Below, one piece after another: positions 47,467 to 56,257 of a DNA stretch of 64,000 nt. The translations under genes were made by a program, and so were the position numbers. The DNA is from an uncultured Porphyromonadaceae bacterium (GTDB taxonomy: Bacteria > Bacteroidota > Bacteroidia > Bacteroidales > Barnesiellaceae_A): assembly GCA_937891845.1 (NCBI GenBank), contig CALATP010000049.1, positions 26,744 to 90,743 on the forward strand. The letters run 5' to 3'. The notes under the pieces are model-generated. The model searched no databases, was not told the DNA's origin, and saw only the letters and a program-made list of their open reading frames with translations. The stretch's first letter is position 1. Every line of letters starts with the position of its first letter.

Positions 47467-49971
47467 TTACTTGGATGAGGGTTTAAATAGATTGTTGTCT
47501 AAATCGGTGCTGAAGTCTTGCAGATTATAGTTTTGCAAGATGTCTATATCAACAGTAAATTCACGGTATGTTTCACCTAATTTTTCAACAATTTCATTTA
47601 ATTTCGATTGATCATCCAAACCGTAGAAACCATTGGTAGGATACCACCACACTTGAGGACGGTCTGACGATTTTTGCATATTGAAGCCATTCAACATGTT
47701 GTAATCAAGACCACGGCTTTCGGCTCTGACAAATAGACCTTTTGATGTCTCTTTGAAAATATCATCACCGCCTGGCATCCATCCGTGAGTGGCCGATAGG
47801 CGTTCCAAACCTCCAAATGTAAAGTTTTCATCACCTATTGTGCCATTGAGAATTTCGATGCGATAGCGAGCCGGTGTAATAGATATTTCGGTATAACTGT
47901 CAAATGCCAGTAATAAATTGGCCAATAGCGTGTTGAAACCTTTTGGCTTGCCAGTTTCGGCATCAATGTCTTTTACCATCATATTGGCAGTAACTATTTC
48001 TCCACCATCTATCATTAGATATTGTTTCCCTGTCTCTTTGTCGGTTGTAATACCTTTTACAAGCATAGGTGTCATAAAACAATTATAAAATACCTCAGAC
48101 GAGCCATCTGAGTTTTTTACGTGCAGTATTTCATCCGGGTTGAAACAGAGTGTCAGGTAGCCATAGGTATTTTCTCCATAGGGTGTCGAGAGTGTGCCTT
48201 CGTTGCTGAGCTCTAGCCATATGGGAATTTGCAATGTCCCTTTATCTACTGTCGGGAATGGAAGTGACCCACGATAACAAGTAGTTGTGGGTGGTTCCGG
48301 CTCAACATCCTCAACAAAATAGCAAGTGATGTTCATATCACCTACTACATTGAAAAGATTGAATACATCGGTAGTAGCACCCATTTTGCGGTCGCACACT
48401 ATCTTTGAAAGTTTCCAATCCTTGGCAGGTGTACCAGTGACACGTACTATATCGCCATATTGATATTGTCCGCTACCGTATACAGTACCTCCCTCGGGCG
48501 GATATGCTGCAACATTAACGTTATATCGAACCTTTTCTATTTCAATTGGACCTTCGGGTGTGGTGTCGGCAAGGATAAAATAGTACATACCTCCCGAATC
48601 TTTAGGCAGTTTATATGGAGGTCCCGGTGGTGGCTCTGGAAATATAATGGGTATGGTGTCTTGGGGAGGATCTTCCGGTTCCGGTTCTTCGATTATAGGA
48701 ACTTTACGGAATACATTTTGTTTGTAAAGTGCTATTTTCACTTCTCCGTTTGTGTCGGCATATCCGGCAATGTCAATATCTTCATCATCGACCTTAAATG
48801 TTGCAACAAACGGGATGTAACCATCTTTCGAATAATCACCTAAATCAAAAGTATCCCAAGTCCTGGGAGTATCGATTATAATCTCTCCCATTGCGTTGAG
48901 AACACGTTCACCACCAACTGTAACTAACCCAACGGGTGAAAAATGTGGTTTTTTGTAAGCGAAGTCCGAGTATTTGAATGTCCAACGACCTACTTTGTCA
49001 AATTTGCTGTTGATAATGTAAGGGGGATCGTCCATTGAACCACCTTCGGGTATAACGAATGCTAATCCGGAGAAGAAACTCATACCACTAACCACTGTGT
49101 GTAACACCTCATTTGAATGCAGTGAGTAGTATTGAGTGTTTTCTCCCCTTCCGTCGCTGATGCAGTATGTATCATTATCTGATACATCCGATACTCTATA
49201 GGCATAGTCGATGGCCGAAACATTGTTTTGGGGTTTCACTTCACATACCTGTTTGCCGTTGATGTCTATAAAATATAGCTTGTATGTTTCGTAGCTTTCA
49301 CCAACCATCACCAGGCTATAACCGTTTACAAAGTCGCGTATTGCTTGATATGTGGGTTCAACAATTACATTGCCATTCTCATCCAATAGTCCCCACAATT
49401 TATGATCGCTACTGTAGAATGGACGACGATTGCAATTGATTGGGCGTATTACAGCAGCCTTGGGGCCACTTTGCGCATATTTCGAAAGATGTCCGTAAAT
49501 CTTTTCGCCTTTGGTATTGATGTAATATAGGTTGACTGTTCGCCAATCTAATATCTCAGTAACCATAGCTACACCATCTTCAAATTGTGTTACGCTCCAT
49601 TCCTTCGACAACTCTTTGATTGCTCCATTAGAGTAAAGAATGACAGGTGTTTTAGTACCGGATTTCTGTACTACGCAAGCTCCGGAGTTGAATCGGGGAC
49701 GAAAATTACCGTGTTGTTCCCATTCGGCTGCAAACAGACATTTTCCTTCAATAGTCCAAAAGCCCCAGTTCATTGAGTAGGTCTTATTGTTAAATTCGCT
49801 CAATCCGAAAATACCATCTGATACCGGTTGCAAGTTGGATGCATAACGCTCTTGGTGATTTATGAAAATTGTATTCCCTGTAAGATACAATGACCGGAAT
49901 TGGGAAGCCAATATATTGCTACAAGATAGTAGTAGCAATACAGCAAGGCATAATCTAATGTATCTGTTCAT
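47467..49971 (-). CDS. Large (834 aa) putative lipoprotein with WG-containing repeats, a proline-rich linker, an InlB-B-repeat-like domain and an unknown C-terminal domain
   Basis: Signal/lipobox MNRYIRLCLAVLLLLSC and WG repeat KLWGLLDENGNVIVEPTYQAIRDFVNGYSLV. The linker is EEPEPEDPPQDTIPIIFPEPPPGPPYKLP. The B-repeat-like segment is YNVNVAAYPPEGGTVYGSGQYQYGDIVRVTGTPAKDWKL. Confidence 0.7.
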   Translation of the reverse strand: MNRYIRLCLAVLLLLSCSNILASQFRSLYLTGNTIFINHQERYASNLQPVSDGIFGLSEFNNKTYSMNWGFWTIEGKCLFAAEWEQHGNFRPRFNSGACVVQKSGTKTPVILYSNGAIKELSKEWSVTQFEDGVAMVTEILDWRTVNLYYINTKGEKIYGHLSKYAQSGPKAAVIRPINCNRRPFYSSDHKLWGLLDENGNVIVEPTYQAIRDFVNGYSLVMVGESYETYKLYFIDINGKQVCEVKPQNNVSAIDYAYRVSDVSDNDTYCISDGRGENTQYYSLHSNEVLHTVVSGMSFFSGLAFVIPEGGSMDDPPYIINSKFDKVGRWTFKYSDFAYKKPHFSPVGLVTVGGERVLNAMGEIIIDTPRTWDTFDLGDYSKDGYIPFVATFKVDDEDIDIAGYADTNGEVKIALYKQNVFRKVPIIEEPEPEDPPQDTIPIIFPEPPPGPPYKLPKDSGGMYYFILADTTPEGPIEIEKVRYNVNVAAYPPEGGTVYGSGQYQYGDIVRVTGTPAKDWKLSKIVCDRKMGATTDVFNLFNVVGDMNITCYFVEDVEPEPPTTTCYRGSLPFPTVDKGTLQIPIWLELSNEGTLSTPYGENTYGYLTLCFNPDEILHVKNSDGSSEVFYNCFMTPMLVKGITTDKETGKQYLMIDGGEIVTANMMVKDIDAETGKPKGFNTLLANLLLAFDSYTEISITPARYRIEILNGTIGDENFTFGGLERLSATHGWMPGGDDIFKETSKGLFVRAESRGLDYNMLNGFNMQKSSDRPQVWWYPTNGFYGLDDQSKLNEIVEKLGETYREFTVDIDILQNYNLQDFSTDLDNNLFKPSSK

Positions 49972-50083
49972 AATTAATATTGTAGGTTATTACTAAGTAT
50001 ATACAGTCCTATTTATAAACAAAACGCTCTATTTCTGCTTATTAATAATAGTTGTCTAACTATCTGTAATTTAATGTAATGGC

Positions 50084-50755
50084 TTATTCTTTATCAACAG
50101 CAAGTGTCAATTTTTCGATGTTGTCGTATTGATCGAGATTCTTGTCACTGAATACTAGCTCTTGGCCGTCCATTATAACTTTCTCGCCTACAAGAATCAA
50201 TATCTTATTATCCACAAATGTGGGTTTTACTGTTCCTATTGTCTCTTTAAATACCTCATTACCTTCTGCGTCAAGTGCAATCAGTCTTACTCTGCGAGGG
50301 ATTAACTGATCGGTTCTAGTGCTATAGTACTTGATTAAGTCTTCACTAGCTTCGCATTCTATCTCGGTAGATACGACAATATCACCATTGATTTTAAATT
50401 TTGGCGAGTCAGAACTAAAAAATCCATCAAATTCTACTGTGATAGGCGTGTTGACAGTCAAGTTCTCGCACTCGTCAATTTCCAATGTAGAGCCCGACCA
50501 TTTATTGGCAGCAGCTTCTAGTTCAACTTTTTGTTCATCTCCTAGAGCTTCGTACTCTTCAGCCAACTTTGTCAAATCGCCAATGTCCTTTACATCTTCC
50601 ATCTTTTGTTGCAATTCATCGCTTTTCTGCTCATACTTGATACGAACCGATGGTATCTCACCGAATAATTTTGATTGTGTGTTTCCGGAACCACCACAAG
50701 AAACCATTGCCAATGCCGAAGCAATAACAGCAATTGAATAAAGTACTTTTTTCAT
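50084..50755 (-). CDS. Hypothetical lipoprotein (223 aa)
   Basis: Lipoprotein signal MKKVLYSIAVIASALAMVSC. The mature part is acidic. I recognise no family. Confidence 0.65.
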   Translation of the reverse strand: MKKVLYSIAVIASALAMVSCGGSGNTQSKLFGEIPSVRIKYEQKSDELQQKMEDVKDIGDLTKLAEEYEALGDEQKVELEAAANKWSGSTLEIDECENLTVNTPITVEFDGFFSSDSPKFKINGDIVVSTEIECEASEDLIKYYSTRTDQLIPRRVRLIALDAEGNEVFKETIGTVKPTFVDNKILILVGEKVIMDGQELVFSDKNLDQYDNIEKLTLAVDKE

Positions 50756-50796
50756 AATTTTTGTCTTTATAGGTTTGTAATTGTTTTTTATAAAGG

Positions 50797-50804
50797 CAAA
50801 AATA
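50797..50804 (-). promoter_or_regulatory. Candidate -7 box (TAttTTTG on the minus strand) upstream of the 223-aa lipoprotein gene
   Basis: The plus strand reads CAAAAATA, 42 nt upstream of the ATG at 50755. Confidence 0.4.
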
Positions 50805-50913
50805 ATCTTAATAAAAATATATCGTGTTGTAATAGGTAAATTATACGATTTAAAGGGTATAAAATACGGTTACAAACGATAAATTTACTTGCTACATTTG
50901 TTATAATTCTTTG

Positions 50914-51963
50914 TTAATTAGATTGTTGGTTTTCTCTATATTGAGAAGGTGATATTCCTTTTATTGATAGGAATACTCGATAGAATGATGTGCGTGAATT
51001 GAATCCTGATTTCTCGGCTATATCCTCGATACTCATTGTTGTTGAAGAAAGTAATTCGCTTGCATAGTCTACACGCAATGTGTTTACATACTCATAGAAA
51101 GTAGAGTCTTTATCATTGTTGAAAAATCTGGAAAGATAGGTGCGATTGGTTCCGGCCATACGTGCTACATCGGATAACTTGAGGCGCGGATTAAGGAATA
51201 TTTTTTCTTTTACAAACAGTGAATGTATTATTTCGTCTAGGTCGGTTTTAGGGCTTTCTATTGCTGAGCTTTCTAATAAATCGCTTCTTTCCACACGATA
51301 ACCTTGATTTAACTCATCTATAACAGACTCGTGACGATAAAGGAAATAGCTGTTGAAAGTCCATAATAGCATTGAAATTATGATAAATGTACTTTCGATA
51401 TAAATATTAACGATGATTGTATTTAGCACCCATACGCCCGAGATGATTGTTGTAGAAATAAGTATTTGTTTAAGCCAATTTAGATTGATATTATCATCGT
51501 ACGAGAATTGTAGTTTAAGTGTGCGATGGTACTTGGGTATTTCAATAAAAGACCACGCTACAAAAATGATGCAATAAATGGCCGCAAAAGAGACATTCAG
51601 GGTATAAAAAATATTCATACCGGTGAATAGTAGAAGAAAAGGCAATAGTATGAACGGGGCAGCTATTGCAAACATTCTCGTTTTATTTAATGTACCGGGA
51701 CGACACAGCTCGATAGTAAGAAAAGCATATAACGGAATAGCAATCATATCAAAAGCTGTGATTAACTGCCATTCCCAACCATCGGAGTTGTATGAGTAGT
51801 AAATAAACGGTATATCTACTATCAACTCTACCAATGTTATAGACATAATACTGACAACAATGCGTGTCAGAAGTTCCTTATTCTTCCTAATGAATACATA
51901 TATCATCATACAGCAGAACATAATGTACATACCGTAGAATAACATAAGAAGAGTTGAGTTCAT
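50914..51963 (-). CDS. Membrane-embedded AraC/XylS family transcriptional regulator (N-terminal polytopic domain plus C-terminal HTH)
   Basis: The first ~215 aa form about 6-7 hydrophobic helices. The C-terminus is a typical AraC HTH pair: LSDVARMAGTNRTYLSRFF...IEDIAEKSGFNSRTSFYRVFLSIKGISPSQYR. Confidence 0.8.
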   Translation of the reverse strand: MNSTLLMLFYGMYIMFCCMMIYVFIRKNKELLTRIVVSIMSITLVELIVDIPFIYYSYNSDGWEWQLITAFDMIAIPLYAFLTIELCRPGTLNKTRMFAIAAPFILLPFLLLFTGMNIFYTLNVSFAAIYCIIFVAWSFIEIPKYHRTLKLQFSYDDNINLNWLKQILISTTIISGVWVLNTIIVNIYIESTFIIISMLLWTFNSYFLYRHESVIDELNQGYRVERSDLLESSAIESPKTDLDEIIHSLFVKEKIFLNPRLKLSDVARMAGTNRTYLSRFFNNDKDSTFYEYVNTLRVDYASELLSSTTMSIEDIAEKSGFNSRTSFYRVFLSIKGISPSQYRENQQSN

Positions 51964-52040
51964 AATATGTTGATGTTCTTTTATTTATTAGTGGTAGTTT
52001 GATGCAGTACTATAAGATTGATAGCACTATATAGCTTATT

Positions 52041-52075
52041 AGGCAGTGTTGAATTTTATATATTCAACACTGCCT
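52041..52075 (-). terminator. Strong hairpin immediately downstream of the acyltransferase gene, with no clear U-tract
   Basis: AGGCAGTGTTGA-N12-TCAACACTGCCT forms a perfect 12-bp stem. It lies 5 nt after the stop at 52080. Confidence 0.5.
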
Positions 52076-52079
52076 GCAC

Positions 52080-52892
52080 TTATGCTTTTTTTAATTCGTA
52101 GGTCTTGGATTTAAAGAACTTTCCGAGCTCTTCAATATCCTCAATATGTGCATACTCTTCAGGCATAATGGGCTTACCTAGTGCAACTCTGACAGTTTCT
52201 CCTCTTTTCCTAAATATTTCAGTTGGGAGACGAGCTGAACTTAACAAATAGTTGATGCTTCTAAGGAAATAGAACATCAAGCTATTGCGACCATAAAAGT
52301 ATACGGGTATAACAGGTTTCTTAAATTGCTTGACAAGGCGAATGATGTTGGGTTGCCATTCGCGATCTTCGGTTGTGAGGTTGGGTTTCAATTTCGATAC
52401 AGCACCTGCAGGGAAGAAGCCGATGGGATTTCCATCTCTTACGTGTTTCATTGCGGTGCGTATTCCGTTCATTGACACGGCTCTAGCCTTCTCGCTATTG
52501 GAAACCGGCTCTACTGCAATGAAATTATCACACATTGCACCTATGTATGTCAAGAATTGATTTACCATTACTTTAAATTCGGGTCTATATCTGGCAAATA
52601 GAGAGATGATTATCATACCATCAAAAGCACCAAATGGATGATTGGATAAAGCTACGAATGCACCTTCCGGCAGATTTTTCAGTATATCTTCGTTCTCGAT
52701 TTCCAATTTTACGTCTACGCCATTGATAATAGCATCGGTAAAATCGGCTCCACGCTTATCACAGTTGGCCGAATGTAGTTCGTTGGCATCGGTTATATGC
52801 AGCCACTTAAGTAATGCATTGATTACTTTATCATTTTTCATAAACGGTGCCAAGCGTTTAACATCATTGGCATCAAGTACTGTTTTTTTCAT
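52080..52892 (-). CDS. Lysophospholipid acyltransferase (PlsC/LPLAT) family protein
   Basis: 270 aa. The HX4D acyltransferase motif is NHPFGAFD. A FPAG motif (GFFPAGAVS) lies downstream. Confidence 0.65.
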   Translation of the reverse strand: MKKTVLDANDVKRLAPFMKNDKVINALLKWLHITDANELHSANCDKRGADFTDAIINGVDVKLEIENEDILKNLPEGAFVALSNHPFGAFDGMIIISLFARYRPEFKVMVNQFLTYIGAMCDNFIAVEPVSNSEKARAVSMNGIRTAMKHVRDGNPIGFFPAGAVSKLKPNLTTEDREWQPNIIRLVKQFKKPVIPVYFYGRNSLMFYFLRSINYLLSSARLPTEIFRKRGETVRVALGKPIMPEEYAHIEDIEELGKFFKSKTYELKKA

Positions 52893-52907
52893 CAGATTAC
52901 TTTAAAT

Positions 52908-54254
52908 TTATAGCAATAAATCGCACACTCCCATATAGATGAGTACGCCAATAATATCGCTTGTGATTGTTATAAAAGGTCCTGTTGCAAGAGCAGGGTC
53001 AATTTTGAGTTTTTCGAGAGTAAGAGGAACTATTGTTCCAAATATAGAGGCAAATAATACAACCGCCAGTAGTGATAATGATACGGCGGCCGTAATGGCA
53101 TTATTATCTAAGAAAAACAGATTATATACGAATACAAGTATGGATATTATTGTAGCATTGATTGTGGCTACCCCACTCTCTTTGAATACTTGATTCCAAG
53201 CGTTTTTGATATCCAGTGTGCCATTGGCAAGGCCTTGTACGACAATAGCTGATGATTGGATACCGACGTTACCTCCTGTTCCGCCTATAAGTGGGATAAA
53301 TAGTGCTAATGCGGGATGAGCCGCCAAGCTGTTTTCGAAACCTCCCAAAATCGTGGCACTGGCTATACCACCTCCAATACCAATAAGTAGCCAAGGTAGG
53401 CGCGCTTTGGTTTGATCGAATACAGTGTCGGTACTTTCGATGTCTTGAGAGATACCTGATGCCAATTGATAATCACGCTCCGATTGCTCACGTACTTCAT
53501 CCATTACGTCGTCGACCGTAATGCGACCAACCAGTCGGCCTATGCTATCGATGACAGGAACAGCTACGATATCGTATTTTTCAATAATTTGAGCAACTTC
53601 TTCGATTGAAGCATCTGTTTTTACAGCGACCGGATCACTCTCCATAACGTGCTTGATTTGTGACACGCTAGGGTTGGTTATCATTTTTTTCAAGGGGAAT
53701 ATACCCTTGAGTCGTTCATCATCTCCTACTACATATACATAGTATATTTCGTCCATTGTTTCGGCTTGCAGTCGCATCTCTTTGACACACTCGGCCATAC
53801 TCCAATTTTCATTCACGATAACCATCTCAGTACCCATAATACCGCCGGCGGTGTCTTCGTCATATTTCAATAGGTCGACAATATCACCGGCTTGCTCTAC
53901 GTCGTCGATGTGTGAGAGAATTTCTTCTTGTACATCTTCATCGAGGTCGCGTATTACATCTACTGCATCATCGGTTTCCATATGGTCGATGAACTGCTTG
54001 GCAATTACATCGACAGGTAGACGCTCGAGCATTTTGCGACGATCGTCGTCGTCGAGTTCGAGTAGGACATCTGCTGCTTTCTCGGCGTCTAGAATATGAT
54101 AGACAAACTCTGCTTCGTCAATATCCATCTCTTGATACAACTCGGCAATGTCGGCCGGGTGAAGGTCGTTGAGAATGTCAAGGGCACGTTCTTTGTCTTT
54201 CTCGATAATTATCGAGCGAAATTCTTCTATGAATTCAGGTGTGAATTTCTCCAT
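52908..54254 (-). CDS. mgtE: Magnesium transporter MgtE
   Basis: 448 aa. MgtE N-domain, CBS pair, and a C-terminal TM domain with GGTGGNVGIQS. Confidence 0.93.
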   Translation of the reverse strand: MEKFTPEFIEEFRSIIIEKDKERALDILNDLHPADIAELYQEMDIDEAEFVYHILDAEKAADVLLELDDDDRRKMLERLPVDVIAKQFIDHMETDDAVDVIRDLDEDVQEEILSHIDDVEQAGDIVDLLKYDEDTAGGIMGTEMVIVNENWSMAECVKEMRLQAETMDEIYYVYVVGDDERLKGIFPLKKMITNPSVSQIKHVMESDPVAVKTDASIEEVAQIIEKYDIVAVPVIDSIGRLVGRITVDDVMDEVREQSERDYQLASGISQDIESTDTVFDQTKARLPWLLIGIGGGIASATILGGFENSLAAHPALALFIPLIGGTGGNVGIQSSAIVVQGLANGTLDIKNAWNQVFKESGVATINATIISILVFVYNLFFLDNNAITAAVSLSLLAVVLFASIFGTIVPLTLEKLKIDPALATGPFITITSDIIGVLIYMGVCDLLL

Positions 54255-54296
54255 ATTGTAGATGTCTTTACTCGCAAAGAGTGATTATGAACTGCT

Positions 54297-55094
54297 TTAT
54301 TTATTTGTCATTTGAGCTATCATATTGGTAAGCTCAATAAACTCGGCAACAGATAGCTGCTCGGGACGTTTGTTGAATATTTCGTGAGTCATCAGCGATG
54401 TGTCATTGACTATAGGTTTGAGTGAGTTACGCATCGTTTTTCGACGTTGGTTAAAAGCTGTTTTTACAATATGCTTAAATAGCTTTTCGTCACATCCCAG
54501 AGTGGTTACGTTGTTGCGAGTCATACGTATTACTGCCGATTTGACCTTTGGAGGCGGGTCGAACACGTGTTCTGAAACGGTGAATAGATACTCTACATCG
54601 TACCAAGCTTGTAATAATACGCTCAATATACCATAGCTCTTGCTTCCCGGAGGTGAAGCCAATCGCTCGGCAACTTCTTTTTGAATCATACCGCTACAGC
54701 AAGGTATCTGATCTTTGAAATCAAGTACCTTGAAAAATATTTGACTGGATATGTTGTATGGATAGTTGCCTATAACACAGAATTTATCTGGGAAGAGTTT
54801 TGATAAGTCACACTTTAGAAAATCTTCACCAAGTATGCGGTTTTGTAGCTCAGGAAAGTGTATCGAGAGGTATGCTACCGACTCAACATCCAGTTCTACT
54901 ACGGTAAGATTATGGCCTTTATCCAACAATGGACGAGTGAGCATTCCCATACCGGGACCAATCTCGAGAATAGGCATTGACTTATAGTCGTCGAGAGTTG
55001 AGGCTATGCGAAGTGCTATGTCGGTGTCTTTTAAGAAGTGTTGACCGAGTGCCTTTTTGGGTTTTACTGTATGCTGTATTCTTTGAGCCGACAT
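54297..55094 (-). CDS. rsmA: 16S rRNA (adenine1518/1519-N6)-dimethyltransferase
   Basis: Contains ALGQHFLKD and the SAM motif EIGPGMGMLT. 265 aa. Confidence 0.93.
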   Translation of the reverse strand: MSAQRIQHTVKPKKALGQHFLKDTDIALRIASTLDDYKSMPILEIGPGMGMLTRPLLDKGHNLTVVELDVESVAYLSIHFPELQNRILGEDFLKCDLSKLFPDKFCVIGNYPYNISSQIFFKVLDFKDQIPCCSGMIQKEVAERLASPPGSKSYGILSVLLQAWYDVEYLFTVSEHVFDPPPKVKSAVIRMTRNNVTTLGCDEKLFKHIVKTAFNQRRKTMRNSLKPIVNDTSLMTHEIFNKRPEQLSVAEFIELTNMIAQMTNK

Positions 55095-55186
55095 TTATGT
55101 TGTGGTTGAATTTGTTTTTATTAACTATAATTGCAAATCTGTTTGTGATAAAGTATGCTATTATCAATAAAACTACTATCTTTGCA

Positions 55187-56230
55187 ATGTGCAAATTTAC
55201 AACAATTATTTTGAATAAACTAATTTTGAAGAGAATACTATCACATATCATTAAGTATGGATTGCCACTATTATTAGGTTTAGGCATCTTTTGGTTGTTG
55301 TATAGACAATTCGACTTCAATGAGATTTTATCAATTTTACAATCCGATATCAACTTCTTTTGGGTTGCATTGTCGATGATTGTCGGTGTGTTGAGTCATA
55401 TTGTTAGGGCCTTGCGTTGGCGTTTACAGTTGGTTTCTCTTGGAATCAATCCATCATTTTCGACAGTATGTAATGCTGTTTTTGGAACTTATGCGTTCAA
55501 TTTGGTATTGCCTCGATTTGGGGAGTTGTGGAGATGTACCTACATAGCCAATCACGAGAAATCATCCTTTTCTCGCGTTCTGGGTTCGGTGCTTAGTGAG
55601 CGCTGTGCCGATACGCTTACAGTGTTGGCTATTACTCTAATTGTTTTTTTATCACAGATGGGTGTTGCTGTGGAGTTTTTTGAGCAAAGCCCTCAATTGC
55701 AGGAAAAAATATACAACCTTATAACATCTCCGTGGTTATATATAGTAATACTGGCTGTTGCTGCTACTATTTGGGTGCTGTTGGCCGGTAGAATAAAGAG
55801 TAAAATTACAGAAAAGCTACAATCTGTATTGTTTAATATGTGGGATGGCTTTAAATCTGTAATTTCAATGCAAAATGGCAAAATAATGTTTTTTGTATAT
55901 ACAATTATGATATGGAGCTGTTACTTCCTTCAACTTTATATTTGTATATTTGCATTTGATTGGATGAGCCACGTTACAATAATGCAAGCGTTGGTATTGT
56001 TCGTATTAGGCAGTATAGGTATGGCTGTACCTGTGCAAGGTGGTATAGGACCGTGGCACGCTGCTGTGATATTTGGTATGACGTTCTATGGATTTGGATA
56101 TGAACAGTCAGGTGCATTTGCTCTTGTAGCACACGGATCACAAATGATAGTAACTGTATTATTGGGTATATATACCACGATAGCGATACTATTTGACAAA
56201 CGAAAAAATGATACCTTGATAAATAATTAA
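55187..56230 (+). CDS. Lysylphosphatidylglycerol-synthase-TM-region (UPF0104) family membrane protein. The start codon is uncertain.
   Basis: Polytopic membrane protein of about 340 aa. The ORF-track start at 54977 overlaps rsmA by 118 nt. The ATG at 55187 or the TTG at 55211 are more plausible, since a TAtcTTTG box sits at 55177..55184. Confidence 0.65.
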   Translation: MCKFTTIILNKLILKRILSHIIKYGLPLLLGLGIFWLLYRQFDFNEILSILQSDINFFWVALSMIVGVLSHIVRALRWRLQLVSLGINPSFSTVCNAVFGTYAFNLVLPRFGELWRCTYIANHEKSSFSRVLGSVLSERCADTLTVLAITLIVFLSQMGVAVEFFEQSPQLQEKIYNLITSPWLYIVILAVAATIWVLLAGRIKSKITEKLQSVLFNMWDGFKSVISMQNGKIMFFVYTIMIWSCYFLQLYICIFAFDWMSHVTIMQALVLFVLGSIGMAVPVQGGIGPWHAAVIFGMTFYGFGYEQSGAFALVAHGSQMIVTVLLGIYTTIAILFDKRKNDTLINN

Positions 56231-56257
56231 TTAACCCTTTTAAAGAAAACTGAAATT

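Noticed and set aside
50208-50216. DnaA-box-like 9-mers (TTATCCACA at 50208..50216; TGTGGATAA at 21972..21980) as a hint of a replication origin
   Set aside because: These are single, isolated matches inside coding sequences. There is no cluster, no adjacent AT-rich unwinding element and no dnaA.
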